Source of the DNA: Vicugna vicugna
Taxonomy: Eukaryota
Length of the DNA stretch: 64,000 bases
Direction of reading: 5' to 3'
NCBI GenBank assembly: GCA_013265495.1
Contig: MU061168.1
Location: forward strand, 372,001 to 436,000
The position numbers and the translations under genes were made by a program. This document shows, in pieces, positions 1-13,229 of the stretch; the first letter of the stretch is position 1; every line of letters begins with the position of its first letter. The notes under the pieces are model-generated. The model saw nothing but the letters and a program-made list of their open reading frames with translations. It was not told the DNA's origin and did not search any database.

Positions 1-1130
1 ATGTTCTACAATTGCACTGGGTTTTATCTGGTTGTGAGTTTTTGGTCATCTATTTTGCATGTCTCTCTGTGACCCTTTCTAACCTGAAAACGTGCAGGGT
101 TTTTTCAGTTCTAAGGTTTCTCCTTTCATTTCTTTATTTTCTCTCTTCCATGCACCCTAGTCTCCACTTTTTTCTTCCGTTTTTTTCTTTTTTTTTTAAA
201 CTCTAATTCATGAATTCCGTCTTTATGTGTGCCCATGCTGCTATTCGGCACATCCATTAAATCTTCAAAACTAGCTGATAATCATGGAATCCTAATGAAT
301 TCTTTTTCATATCACTCGTTCTTAATTGATGGTGTACCAGCCTCTCACATCTGAATAATAATTACACTTATTTTAAAATTATTTCTCCCTTCCCATAGAT
401 GTTAGCTATTTTATTTGTTGACTTGGGTTCTTGTTTTTAATGATGTTTGTTTTCGTTAAATGTTTGGACATTCTTAACTATTGTTTGCACTTGAATTTGA
501 AATTCCTGTTTGCCTGAGTGCATAAGTGCTGATTCCAGCTGCCTCGGGTGACTTGGGGTTGGGGGGCGGGGAGCACAGGGAGGTGGAGGGTAGGAATTGC
601 AAACTAGTAGCTGAGTAGCTTGCTTGCCTTCTGAGAAGGAGGGCTCACGCCTGCAGGAGTGTCAGTCATCCAGAGTCATTTCTCTCCATCTCTGGCCCAA
701 CCACCCATCTGAGTTTGCTGGGTCAGGACTCCTCCTGCTTCAGACAGTTGTGCTCAAAGTTTATTCTGGGGACACAGGCATGAATCAGTCCCCTTCTTTT
801 TTTTTGTTTTTTCTTTCTTCTTTCCTTGGATGTCTGGGTTTGCTTCCGGCTCTGTTCTTCCTCTCCTTGTTCTGCCTCTGTTGTTTCTCCCCTTCTGGAG
901 ATTTTATCCTTGATCTAAACATCACCCATGCACTCTGCTCAGTAGTTGTGGTGAGGGAAAGGGGTTCGGAGGGCTCAGCTGTTCCAAATATGAAGCTTTG
1001 TTAATTAACCTGATGGTTGCCCCAAAGCCCCTCCAGGTCTCTCTATTTGTTGAGTCTGTGCTTAAAATATTTCTGGAATTTCTATTCCTTCCATGGTAGT
1101 TTTCTGCTCTCTGTGTTGTGGGCTATGACT
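1..1130 (-). mobile_element. Old L1 (L1M-type) ORF1/5' region fragment, antisense
   Basis: T-rich degraded sequence resembling the antisense of ancient L1 ORF1/5'UTR; no intact ORF; boundaries approximate. Confidence 0.4.
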
Positions 1131-1277
1131 TTTTTCTGCCCTTCGGTTTCTGCAGAGTGATCCCATCTGCTTTCTGTCTTCCAGGAATTTTTCAAACTCT
1201 GGCTAAGGATAGATCCCTTGCTTGTTTCACAGCACCTTGGTGGATTCCTTTACCTCCTCCTCCTTTCATCCATTTGT

Positions 1278-1432
1278 CTTATTTAATCCTCACAATGATT
1301 CAATGAAAGAGGTATTCATCATTACCTTATTGTTCAGAAGGAACACTGAGGCTCAAGGAAGGTAACCTCCTGGAGGCATCACAGCTAGAACATGGCTGTG
1401 CTGGAACTTTAACCCCAGTTCATCTAACTCCG
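1278..1432 (-). mobile_element. MIR SINE
   Basis: ttaatcctcacaat...actgaggctca...gtaacc...cacagctag, the reverse complement of the MIR core. Confidence 0.7.
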
Positions 1433-1489
1433 GGGTGTTATTACAAATACTCTCTCCATTTGTCAGGGACCTTCTCTATGTTTGCCTCT

Positions 1490-1690
1490 TACTCCCTTCC
1501 CCCGACGGCCTGAGCTCCTTGAGGAGCCAGGGTTATCCGGGAACCCCCTTTGGATTCTCTGCAGCACCTTGCACTGTGCAGAGAACACCAAACACAGGGA
1601 GTGTGGGTTGGTGGCACCCAAAGTCACGTGACTAGGAAGTGGCAGGTCAGATTTGAACCCAGGAAGTCTGGCTCCAGACACTGTACCTAA
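1490..1690. mobile_element. L2 3' fragment followed by a MIR fragment
   Basis: tgagctccttgagg (L2 3' end) then cccaaagtcac...gatttgaacccaggaagtctggctccaga (MIR reverse). Confidence 0.55.
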
Positions 1691-3581
1691 TAACAACTTC
1701 CACTCAGATTTGAGGTGTCATTCACCAACTTCCTCCCGAGCATCCCCTCCCTGGGGGGGAGGCATATCACCAAGCCTGCTGTCAATTTATACCCAGGGAA
1801 GACTGCCCTCGGGGGACCTCTACTGCTGTGTTTCATTACAAGCATCCTGGCACTGTTTGACTCTTAAAACCAAGACCAAGTATTACTTTGATGAAACAGA
1901 AAAGAATACAGAATATGGGCTGTATGTATGTTCGAGCTGTCAACAAACTACACAGACACAACCAAGACCAGGAAAGAGATGTGTCTGAATGAGGAAGGGA
2001 GTGGGGAATGTGGACGTGGCAAGACTGACCTATGAGGACGCAAGAAGCTGTGGTTCACGATCGGCCACAAACAAACCATATCACTTTCAAAAGTGGACCT
2101 CTGTGGGCTTCGGTTTTTCTATTTTGTAACGTAAGGCCATCTCTATGGTCCCTCTAATGCTGATAGACAAGATTTAAATAAGTAGCAAATTCAACTTTAT
2201 CAGAACTAAAAACTGAACATCAGAGTGTTCCTAGCCTCTCTCCTTATGTCATTCAGAGTCTTGGGTGCTTCTCCAATCCCATTCCTCATTATTCTTTGTC
2301 TCAAACTTTTACCCTCTAGCCCACAGACCTATGCATGGCTTTCTTATATAAATGTCATTATATTTTTTGCATCCAAGTCCTTCCTTGTCTCAGGTGGCAT
2401 TATCCCTTTTCTGACCACCCGCGTACACACACACACACGCCCATTTTGGGCCAGGCTAATTATATTTGTTATTTTTAAGACTCTGTTTAGGTATAATTTC
2501 CTCCAGGAAGACCTTTCTGATACCCCTCCCCAGGCTCTGTACTTCTCTCTGCTGCCTGATGGGAGCCCATGATAGCCCAGAGCACTAATCTAATTTAAAC
2601 CTAACATCCTGGAAAGGGGACATCAGCTCTGTTTTTACAGATGTGGAAATTGACTCAGCAAGATTGAGGAGCCCACCCACCCCAACACTGCACACCATCA
2701 AATCTCAGAGACGGAAGTCAAACCCAGTGTGTGTGCTCTGGCCATCTTTGTAGCAGCTGCCTCATAAGGCTGGGGCACAATTGGGATGATGCCCCAACAC
2801 CCCAAGCTGGGGTGGTGAGGATGGCAAACTGGCAAAGGCCAGTGCACAGGTCATGGCACCTAAGAAACAAAGCCAGGCTGGGAAACTGATGCAGGGGGCA
2901 CCTGGGGCCATTGTCCAACCCTGAACGGGGAGGGAGACACAGAGGGGGCCTGCACGTGAGTCCCACTTTCTGGGCACTGAGCTCATGTGAGACTGGCTCC
3001 CAAGCCTATAAGCAGAGCTGGGCACACAGACATCTAGAGTGTTCATTGCTGCTTCTTCTAGATCCTTAGGTGCCAAGTCACCTTAGGGTGTGGATTCACA
3101 CATGGTCTTTGGAGATTAACTAATGACTGGGCTAGATGCCATGTTGTACTGTAGGCTGTCACATTTCCACTGGAGCCCACACAGGGCACCAAGTGTGAAT
3201 TAATAAAGTCAGACCAGAATTGAATTGCTTTCAGCCAAATACTACTATAAAACAACATAGAGAGCAAAAAGTAAATATAACATGATTTTTTTCCAACAAA
3301 TTATGAAGATAAAGACAGGGCAAGTTTCTAAGTACAGGATTATGCAAAAGTTTTAGAGCAATTTTCATAAATGGAAGGATTAGGACCATACATTACTATC
3401 ATTTCAACTAATGTTTAGTTTGGAATTTTGAAGAAGTGAAGCAAATGGATTTTCTAGTAAGTAACTTAACATTATCCAAGTCGTTCTAGAAAGGATTATA
3501 ATTGAAATTACTCTCAAAAATACTGAAGAAGAAGATGCTATAAGAAATAAAGACACAAGTATATTATTCAAAATTGTAAGA

Positions 3582-3800
3582 GAGTAGCTAAGACCATGGG
3601 CTCTGGAGTCAGATTGCCTGGGTATAAATCCTGACTTTAGTTGATGTGTCTATGCCAGTGTTTCTCATCTATGAAATGGAGATAAGGATATCTAGTCATA
3701 AAGTTGGGTAAACATTAAATGAGTTAATGCCATTGGAAGAAAGCTTGGCATATGGTAAATACTCAATAAATGCTAGCTCTTCGTTATTAGCTATTATTAT
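3582..3800 (+). mobile_element. MIR SINE
   Basis: gggctctggagtcagattgcctgggt...tttctcatctatgaaatggagataa...tactcaataaatgctagct. Confidence 0.75.
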
Positions 3801-3934
3801 TGGCAATTAAATATAATTAACAGAATAAATTAAATATATATATACTTATTAATATTAAATATATATATCTCTTTCCAAAATTCTTTATTTAATAAAATTG
3901 GAACATTTGTTGGCAGCCTAATACACAAACCGAA

Positions 3935-4162
3935 GTCCATGAGCAGAAATTCTTCTTCTTCAAGGAAATCTTACTTTTGCTCTTAAGGTCTTTCTACTGA
4001 TTGCAAGAGGCCCACTCAGATCATCAAAAGGATAATCTCCTTTACTTAAAGTCAACCGACTATAGATGTTAACCACATCTACAAAATACCCTCACAGCAA
4101 CACCTAGATTCATTTATTCAAATAGCAAGGTACTACAGTTGACACATAAACTGACCATCACA
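3935..4162 (-). mobile_element. MLT2 (ERVL) LTR, 5' part
   Basis: Ends gttgacacataaactgaccatcaca, the reverse complement of the MLT2 start TGTGATGGT...ATGTGTCAAC; also cacagcaacacctaga. Confidence 0.7.
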
Positions 4163-4246
4163 GTTGGGTTAGAGGAAATGAAGTATGTCCCGAGCAAAGG
4201 GACAGTGGGTGCAAAGGCACAGAAGGGAGCTACAGAGCTATGTTGG

Positions 4247-4357
4247 GATGTGTGTGTGTGTATGTCTGAGTGTATCTGAGTGTGTGTGTGTGTGTGTGAG
4301 TGGGTCTGTGTGTGTATCTTTTTCCGTGTGTGTGAATGTGTGTGTCTGTGTGTGTGT
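4247..4357. repeat. Interrupted (TG)n microsatellite
   Basis: About 110 nt of mostly alternating TG; source of the spurious CV/HT-rich ORFs. Confidence 0.95.
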
Positions 4358-5637
4358 TGGTGGAAGGGCAGAGGAATGCACAGAAGCAAAAGTGTGTGCC
4401 AAGAGGCAGCAGAAGCTGAGTCTACAGAGGTGGGCAAGGTCTTATCCTCCACGCTGAGGAGCTTTACTTTACACTGAGGCCTAAAGCAGGTCAGAATCAT
4501 CTCGAATCCCCTAGGCACGTACCATATTTGAAAACGCAAATTCTTTGGCCCCCTCCCAGATCCAATTAATCAGATGAAACCAGAAACCTGTACTATTAAA
4601 AAGCCCCATTTTTCCTCCTATCTGATGACTAGGTTAAGAATCCCTTCTTTAGACAAAGGAAGCCATTGAAGTATTAAATGACAACGTCTAAATTTTGTTG
4701 TCATATAATGATCTTCCTGGTTTAAGTGTTTGTGATTTTGACATGAATAGGATAACTCTTCTGTAGTGGTTCCAAACATCAATGCAGGTGGAACGTGCCT
4801 GGGAAAGACTTGGCTGAGATCCTCCTCAAGATGCTTATCTTTGTAGACACAACCTAATTGGGATCAGAAGGGCTGGGGAGCTGGGAGGCAGAAGGATGGA
4901 GTTCTCTGTCTCTGTGAACTTCATTTCCATGGAGATCCAATAACTCATCAAGCATTTATTTGAGGCTTACAGAGTACCCAGTCCATGCCAGTCTCACTGG
5001 GGGACAGGAAGACAGCAGATGCCAGCTTACAATTTCATAGACACGTGTCTCTGAAATACACGGTTTTGAAAAGAGCAGAACACAGAGCTCTTTTAAGGCA
5101 ATATTTAAGACAAGCATGAGGCAAGATGGTACAGATGCAAAGCATACATGTCACAGACCTTGTCTTGTTTAACAAGGCAACTCACGCAAAGTGCCTAAAA
5201 CACACCCAGCACATAGGCAGCATTAAAAAAAAATGTTGGTGCCTTGCCTTCCTGAGTTACTAATGCCACCACTCTCTTTTCAGGAGTGATAGTCTTTGGG
5301 ATCCTGGAATAAATTTTTAAAAGGAAATAGCATGTTTAGCTTCTAGAATTGTAGGAGATTTTATTAATATAATGATGTTCATCTGGTTGACATAGGAGAC
5401 AGAGCAATGGATGTGCATAGTTGAGCTCCAAACTAGACATTCCAGACAAGGCTTCCATGGGAAATAGAAGTACCCTTTACTCAGGACATTTGTCAGTCCT
5501 CTCTCAATTTAGACCCCTTGAAGCAGACCCTAGGAAATGCTCAGGATCATCACCACCACCTCCAACCCCAGAGAACAGTGTTTTTTTCTGGGGAAGTCCT
5601 CGTTGTTTGAGAGCCTTGCAACATTCAGTACTAAAGG

Positions 5638-5835
5638 GTTTTTTTTTTTTGAACAGTTTACAACCATTTCTGGTGTACAGCATAATGTTTCAGTCATACA
5701 TGAACATACGTATATTCATTTTCATATTCTTTTTCATCATAAGTTACTATAAGATATTGAATACAGTTCCCTGTGCTATACAATTTGAACTTGTTGTTTA
5801 TCTATTTTCTATGTAGTAGTTAGTATCTGCAAATC
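5638..5835 (-). mobile_element. Young artiodactyl/camelid L1 3' end, 5'-truncated
   Basis: polyT then cagtttacaaccatttctggtgtacagcataatgtttcagtcatac...aagatattgaatacagttccctgtgctatac; same family as the copies at 12.7, 32.2, 34.8 and 61.5 kb. Confidence 0.85.
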
Positions 5836-6759
5836 TCTTTAATCATCTCTCACGTCCAGTCTCAACAGTTCAAACTCAGATTCACATGTATCTTGCATGT
5901 CAACAAAGGAAGTGAACCTTCCTCAGAGAGTAGGCTACAGGTTAGCCAAGGATGGTTTTTAAGATGATAGTAAAGTGCCAGAGCTAAGGATGGAAAATAT
6001 CTCCAACCTGCAGCACCTCTGACCTCAGACACACCCAGGCCCAGGGTTGCTTTCCCAACTCTAGATGAAACCATTCTCAAAACAAGGTCCTAAGCTGTGA
6101 AGTGACTCTATGGTATATCCCTGAATTTCCCCATCTTGTAAAGAGTGTGTGGATTCACCCCCCTCATCTCTTACCCTTAGTTCTTACCACCTCATACTAG
6201 GAGAGACTTCCCTCTTTGATTACTGGGTAAACCAAGCATCACCTTCTCCACCAACTGGTTGTTCAGGCCCACGACCTGTGCTGGCCCTCCTCTGGTCATG
6301 TTCACACTCACCTGCATCTCCACATAGCTGTGATTCTTTGAGGGCCCAACATAGTGAGACTGAATTAACAGAAAGGATCTAAGAGTCCAAGGACTGAATT
6401 AAATGACTGTAATTCAGGAAAGGATGTCAGCTAAAATCTGAAGCTCAAGAAAAAAAGAGAATAAAATATTGATAAAGTTTAAATCTTGATAAATAAATTC
6501 TTGACTGTGGCTCCCAGAAAGATACACAGTGAAACACAAGAGAACTCCCCCAATATAATATGCAGACTTTTTGCTAAGATGTTTGCCCTGAAAAGTGGAC
6601 AAAAGGAGGATTCAGACTCTAGCACAAAACTCAGATACAAACACTTGAGGATCACCTTCGCTTCTCAGAGAAGCAGCTCGCTCCATGGATTGAGCCAAGT
6701 CCCAGTTTCTGAGAAAGGCCTAGACACACTCTGAAAAGAACTCAACTGGCTGACAATAC

Positions 6760-7905
6760 CATGGGATACAGGTGGGTCCAATATTCTAAGGAGACTATCC
6801 CTGAGCTGATCCTCACTCAGAATTCCAGGCTCTATCTTAAAATGACATTAGATAGATACTGAAAGAGACATGCTTTTGTTGTAACACAGCGGCCCTCCTG
6901 CCAAGAGCAACTAAAAATAATAAGGGGAAAATTCCATTTTAAGACACCAGAGACCCATCAGGCCCTAGGACTTAGAGGCTCAAGAACCTGGAGAAAAGAG
7001 AAATTCACTGAGGTGAGTTCTAACGTTCTATGTCACTTTTTCCTTCAAGGCACTTGCCACTTCTTAAGTGATGTAGCAAGTCAAGCAGAAAGCAGCTGGT
7101 AAGTACCTGAGAACCTGACAGACCTTTAGGCAGTGTCATAGATACATATGGGAAAAAAACTGGAGTTCAGGACTATAAGGTAACCAAGACACATGATTCC
7201 AGAAACCCAGAGAGAAAAGAAAGGCAGAGAGTGAAGTCAACATCTCGCACAACTTTTCCACTCAAGGTTTTACTAATTCCTAAAAAAGGCATGTTGGGTA
7301 GAAAGGGGAATCGAAGATGCTCAGCAGACAAATAGAGCTTTGGGCAGGCTCATTAGGCAGGGAGAGGACGGGAGATTAAACATCGGGATCCCTCCACAGA
7401 AGATGCTCCTCTCACTTGAGATGCATGAAGGTCTAAATCCTGGGGGCCAATGCAGTCAGGGATTAGGCTGTTTGGAGGTTGGGTTTCAGTCCTCCACCTT
7501 GACAAAAGAAGAATTTATAATCTAAAAGATGGATCTATTGAAAATATTCAGACAGAAGTACAGAAAGAGATTTAAAAAATAGAAAATACAGAAAAGAGTG
7601 AAATAAATATTATTCTTCACCACACTAACAGAACAAAGAGGAAACCCATAGGATCATCTCAACAGATACAGAACATCTGTCACTAATTCATGAGCAAATA
7701 AAGAAACAGACCTCTCACCACCACATCTCCCCACAAAAAACCTTTCCTCTAAGACTGAGAACAAAACAAGAATGTCTGCTCTCACTTCTGTTAACATCAA
7801 ACTGGATGTCCCAGCCAGTGCAATAAGGCAAGATAAAGAAATAAATGACATACAAATTGAAAAGGAAGGAAATCTTTATTCATAGATGACATGATTATTT
7901 ACATA
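6760..7905 (+). mobile_element. Old L1 5'UTR/ORF1 plus ORF2 reverse-transcriptase fragment
   Basis: 7876-7905 reads LFIDDMIIYI (L1 RT LFADDMIxY motif), preceded by gcaataaggcaagataaagaaataaatgacatacaaattg typical of ORF2. Confidence 0.75.
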
Positions 7906-8599
7906 GGAATTTTTCCACCAGTGTTCACACTGCAGAACCTGCATGACACCCCTTTCCTCCACAACCCCAACACCTCTCCTTTTTAAGGACCAGCTCAAAT
8001 ACATCTGCCTTATTAAAGCCTGCCCTGGAACTTCCAGCCTCAAATACTCTTCCCTTTGTCTAAGTTCAATTCAATAAATAATTTAACTCCTACTATATAC
8101 TGGACACTGGGGATTCCCATTGAATTTTATTTACCCATTTCTATGACATTTACCACTTCACAAAAGGAAAGACACCATACATAATTACTTGCCGCTTAAT
8201 TTGAAATTGTATCCTACAGATCTGTGCTAGACCTTCCTCCTTCTTCTTAACATTTGTGTAATTTTCACTGTATGATTTCAATCTCCATTTACTTAGATAC
8301 TTCCCTATTGGACATTTAGGTTGTTTGCAGTATTATATTATAAACAATACTGTCATTACTGTCATTGTATATGCCCTTTCTGTGGACATGAATGAATGTC
8401 CATCTGGGGTACAAACCAAGAAATGAAAATTCTGGATCAGAGTATGTCCACTTTTTTTCTTTACTAGATATTGCCAGATTGCCTTCTAAAACCCCCCTGA
8501 AGGCAGAATCTTGATCAAGTTCATCTCAGTATTCTGCCCCTAGCTCTGAGCTGTTCACAGAGTAAGTACTAAGTTGATGAATGCAAGAATGCATGGTTA

Positions 8600-9228
8600 T
8601 GTTACCGAACCAAACTTGGGTCCACTCGCTCACACACAGTAAAGCCAATCTACTGATACTAGGTTGTGGTGAAGGAAGGTGCAGCATTTACTGCAGGGTG
8701 TCAAGCAAGTAGTCCAGGTGGCTAGTGCTCAAAAGACCCGAACTCCATGATGGCTTTCAGGGAAAGGTTTTTAAAGATAGGGTGAGGGAGGGGTTTTGGG
8801 GTGCATGATCAAGTCGTGGACATTCTTCTGATCAGTTGGTGGTGAGGTAACCAGGAGTCAACATCATCAACCTTCTGGTTCCATGTGGTTTGGGGTTTAT
8901 GTGCTTGTGGGCAACACATAGTTAACTTCTTCCACATGATAAGGGTTTCAGTATCTGCAAAACAGCTTGAAGGATATGGTTTGGAATATTATCTATAGCC
9001 CTGGAGGAGGAACTAAAGGTCCTTGACTTTGTTTCGTGGCTAAACTATTGTCTTGCTTGACTGTTTTCCTTTCTTTCTGCATTTTCTTGCTTCTCTGATT
9101 AAATTGACTCTTTTGGAACTCAGGGAAGGCCTAGGAGGCTAAAATTTTTCTACAGACAAGAGGCAGGTGGAGGACATGGTTGGAGGGTTCATTCCAGGGT
9201 AGGCCCCATGAGGGCCTGCTCCCTTACA
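8600..9228 (-). mobile_element. Complete solo ERV1-class LTR (629 bp)
   Basis: TG...CA termini (tgttaccg...cttaca) flanked by a perfect 4-bp TSD GTTA at 8596-8599 and 9229-9232. Confidence 0.85.
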
Positions 9229-10508
9229 GTTATACTGAAAATATTCTGAAACATTTCTCTGACCCACCACTTAAGGACTTGCAGTATTGAACTTTTCATG
9301 AATGCCTTGTCTAGGTTTCAACTCCTAAACCATATTCACCATGTCTTCTACTTTTCTGCATCACACAGCAACTAGCACCTATCCGGTGTTTAAAATATAC
9401 GTGTTTGTTGAATCATTGAGTAGATTTGTTTTATGTTAATAGTAAACTAACTTGGGGAAATAATCATTGTGATTATAGCAACACACAGTAAACATCAAAT
9501 AAGAATGACACTGCCCAGGCCAATTACTATGGGAAGAGCTCTAGGCAGTGGACATGTTTCTCTAGACCAAATGACACTGTAATGGTGGTCATTAACTGGG
9601 AGCACAAAACGACTGGCTAAGGGCCATTCCTCTTCAGTAGCAATATGTCACCAGTGAGAGATGGTGGAATTGCACTAGGGAGGGGAAGGTGGTTCCATTC
9701 CACATTAACGGAGCTCTCAATGTTCTGATGATGTGCAAATGGGCCACATAAAGCATTTCAAGGCAAGGGCGGCAGTGGTGAGAAAGAGACTTGAGCTCGT
9801 CCTGCCTCAGTGATGTTAAGAAGCAGTGTATCAGAGCTTGTTTATGAGTCTGACTCGTTTCATGCCCAGATGAGTAGGGCTTAGGGCCATCACACATCTC
9901 CAAAGCAGCCTCCAAAAAACCCCACCATCTGAACACACCTCATTCTAAGAGCATCGATTCTTAGAAGCCTCAGTCTCGGAGACGAAATGAATCTGAATCA
10001 TCACAGCAAGAGAAATGCTACCCTCTCATTTCCACAAGTGTCCGTTTCTTCCAAGTTTTTCTAATCATTTTCTCATTAGCCTCATTCTCAATCTCACCGT
10101 CATTATTATTCTGTTTATGTAACGTCACTCACTGAGCACCTTCCAGACTCCTTCCCGCCAGCATGCACAATACATTCCAATTATGTAATTATGCCATCGT
10201 AATCAAATCATTAAGATTCACATTAAACATGTATAAAGGTTCCTAAGGAAAAAAAAATGAGCACTAGACACAGACGCTAAGAGGGAGGGATGCAGACAAG
10301 CATGCTTGTAATTGTAACTTGCTTTTAATAAGCCCATGACTACAGATTTAGGGTCTTGAAAGGATTTTATAACTGAGAAGAAGTGGTTGATTTCTAAAAA
10401 ATGAAAAGCAACTCTCCCCTCTCTACCCCTGTGATTCCACTGAGTTAATCCTTTGATTATAAAATGAATTCTAGGAAACAGTTCAAGACAAGGTCACTGA
10501 ATTTAGGG

Positions 10509-10533
10509 CACACACACACACACACACACACAC
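10509..10533. repeat. (CA)n microsatellite
   Basis: About 12 CA units. Confidence 0.95.
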
Positions 10534-11289
10534 AGGGAATGAAACTAAAAGGACTGTCCAGGAGACTTGCCAGTACTTACAGACCTGGGAGAAATAATAT
10601 TGCACCTGTGACGAATCTCAATTTACCAACTGATTTGAGTGGTGTGTGATATGTACATAATCAATTAAGAAATACAAGACCAGACTTCCTGATGTTGGTT
10701 CTTTCCTATTGGAGATGGTTCCTACAGTGTTGCCTGCTGACAACAGGCAGATGGTCCAGGTGCCCTGAGCTGGGTTGCGTAAGTCCAGTAAGGCCAGTGA
10801 TTTACATCTCCTATTAGAGACCCTTGGTGAAAGAGGGCTTTAAAATAATACTGAATACCACTGTGCAGGTCCCACCCAGCCCTACTGAGTCAGGAACCTG
10901 ATGTGGGGCTACCAATCTGCTTCAACAAGCCCAACAGGAAATTCTTAATGACACTAAAGTTTGAGGACCAAGCCTGGATGATGGAGAGAAGGAAAAAGAC
11001 ACATTTAAGAGGTACTCACCGTGCTGTAGCCACTGGGCTAGACACTTGAGATCTATCATTGCATTTAATTTTCCGGTAATTTATTTATTCACTCAATAGA
11101 CATATCCTGCCTAAGCCAAGACCTCATTAGGTGCTGGAAATATAAAGATGCCTAAAACACAATGCCTACCTGCAAGGAGACTCAATTAAGTACACACACA
11201 CACACACATATATAAAATTTTATGTAAGTTTTAGACAATTATAATTCAGATTATAATTATCTATAAGTAAATAGATAACTATAAAGTGG

Positions 11290-11490
11290 AAACTATAATT
11301 GTCACACATATTGAGGGCTGATCGTGTGTCTAAGTCTCTGCCGAGTGCTTTACTGTGTTATCTCTACTCCTCACAGCAACCTTAGGGGACAGGGGATGTT
11401 ACTGCCAGTTCCCATTTGAGGAAGCTGGAGATTTAAACACCCAAAGTTACATAACTCACAAGTGGCAAAGGTGGGATTGAACCATATTCT
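11290..11490 (-). mobile_element. MIR SINE
   Basis: ctcctcacagcaaccttaggg...gaggaagctggagatttaaacacccaaagttacataactcacaagtggc. Confidence 0.65.
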
Positions 11491-12432
11491 TAATTACTCA
11501 CTATTGCAGCACTAGTCCCTAACCTACGGGCCCAATTCTAGCAAGTGCTATCTCGGAGGAGTCAAAAAAAAAAAAAAAAAAAAGCCCTAAGCATCTTCTG
11601 CAGCCTGATTACATGGCAGGCCCAGTTCCTACATACACTGTTATTTTTCAAGTGTTACCAGTGCTATCGCGCTTAATAAAATACTGACTACACAGTCATT
11701 GTTCTCATTTGTATTTTTCTTAAGATACTATACGTACTGTTACTATTTTGTGGGAGACTGCAAAATGTGGGGCTGTCAAAAAGAAATCTTATTTGGAAAC
11801 GTTGGGAACCATATGTTTCCATATGGCACTCTACCATACAACATTGAGAGGGTATGAAGTCTTTTTCAAATGTGAATAATGTATGACTTAATCTCTGTTA
11901 AAATAAACAAAAGTGTATGCGCACTCCCCAAATCCATGGATGCTCTCAAAATCTAGTTTGAGAGCCACAGCATTAAAAATTAAGCACTTTCACTTAATGA
12001 GACCACTCAGTGACAATTTGATTTTAAACATAAATACCAATGCATTTGGACTTAAAGTACACTAAAAAAAATTACCCATGGCAAATACAAAGAGAGCTTC
12101 CAAAGTGTTTGACAAAAAGACCATGTAAATAATTCAGAATGCTCCTGTTGTAAGACCCTTGTTTTTGCCTGGGACCTCTTCGAGGAACCATCCTTTATTT
12201 ATTGTGCTTGTGGTCCAGGTGGTGCTGACGCTACCCTAATTTTCCAGTTTGAGTTCACAGTCCCCACCTGTCAATCAGAGTACCTGAACCCCAGACCCTG
12301 GTCACAGTGGTTCGTGCAGGAATGGGCATATGGCCAAGCTAAGCCAGGGCAGTCAGAGCCTTGCCCAAGGCTTCTAGTGGAATTGTCAGAAGGATACATT
12401 CTACAGTTGCTGCAATACCAACTATAAGGACA

Positions 12433-12464
12433 GCATCAGCCAAGAACTGCATCAGCCAAGAACT
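12433..12464. repeat. Perfect 16-bp tandem duplication
   Basis: gcatcagccaagaact x2. Confidence 0.9.
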
Positions 12465-12672
12465 GCAGACGACCACCTCGCCACCACATGGAGAGCCTGT
12501 TTGAGAACGAAGCCAATCCTGAGGACAAATAAGCCAAGAGATAGAGAAAAATCTGCAGACTCCTAGTGATGCTGCTTGAACTTCCTGATCTAAGGTCATC
12601 TAAGGACACCGACACTCCTTTTACTTACTGAACATAGGCCAATATCTTTTCTGGGTTGTTTTTTTTTTTAAG

Positions 12673-13170
12673 AAAACTCTTTTGATTTGTTTTTTTATTT
12701 GACGTATAGTTGTGTTAATTTCTAGGGTACAGCATAGTGGTTCAGTTATATATTTATATACATATATATATCCATTTTCATATTCTTTTTCATTATAAGC
12801 CATTACAAGGTATTGAATATAATTCCCTGTGCTGTATAGTAGGACCTTGTTGTTTATCTATTTTGTATATGGTAGTTAGTATCTACAAATCCCGAGCTCC
12901 CAATTTAACCCTCCCCGCCCCCTTTCCCCTCTGTTAAGCATAAGTTTGTTTTCTATGTCTGTGAGTCTGTCTCTGTTTTATAAATAAGTTCATTTGTGTC
13001 CTTTTTTTCCCCTAAGATTTCCACATATAAGTGATATCATATGATATTTTTCTTTTTCTTTCTGGCTTGCTTTACCTATTATGATGATCTCCAGATCCAT
13101 CCATGTTGATACAAATGGCATTATTTTATTCTTTTTTATGGCTGAGTAGTATTCCATTATACCTAGATCC
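12673..13170 (-). mobile_element. Young L1 3' end (~500 bp)
   Basis: L1 3'UTR consensus (ggtattgaatataattccctgtgctgtatagtagg; tccagatccatccatgttg); degenerate TSD ctggg..t(n)aag at 12651-12672 and 13171-13188. Confidence 0.9.
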
Positions 13171-13229
13171 CTGGGGGTTTTTTTTAAGCTGGTTTGAATT
13201 GGTTTTCTTTCTCTTACTAGGGTCCTAAC

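Noticed and set aside
555-592. G-quadruplex-like G-tracts
   Set aside because: They lie within a degraded L1 5' region where such tracts are common; no independent sign of function.
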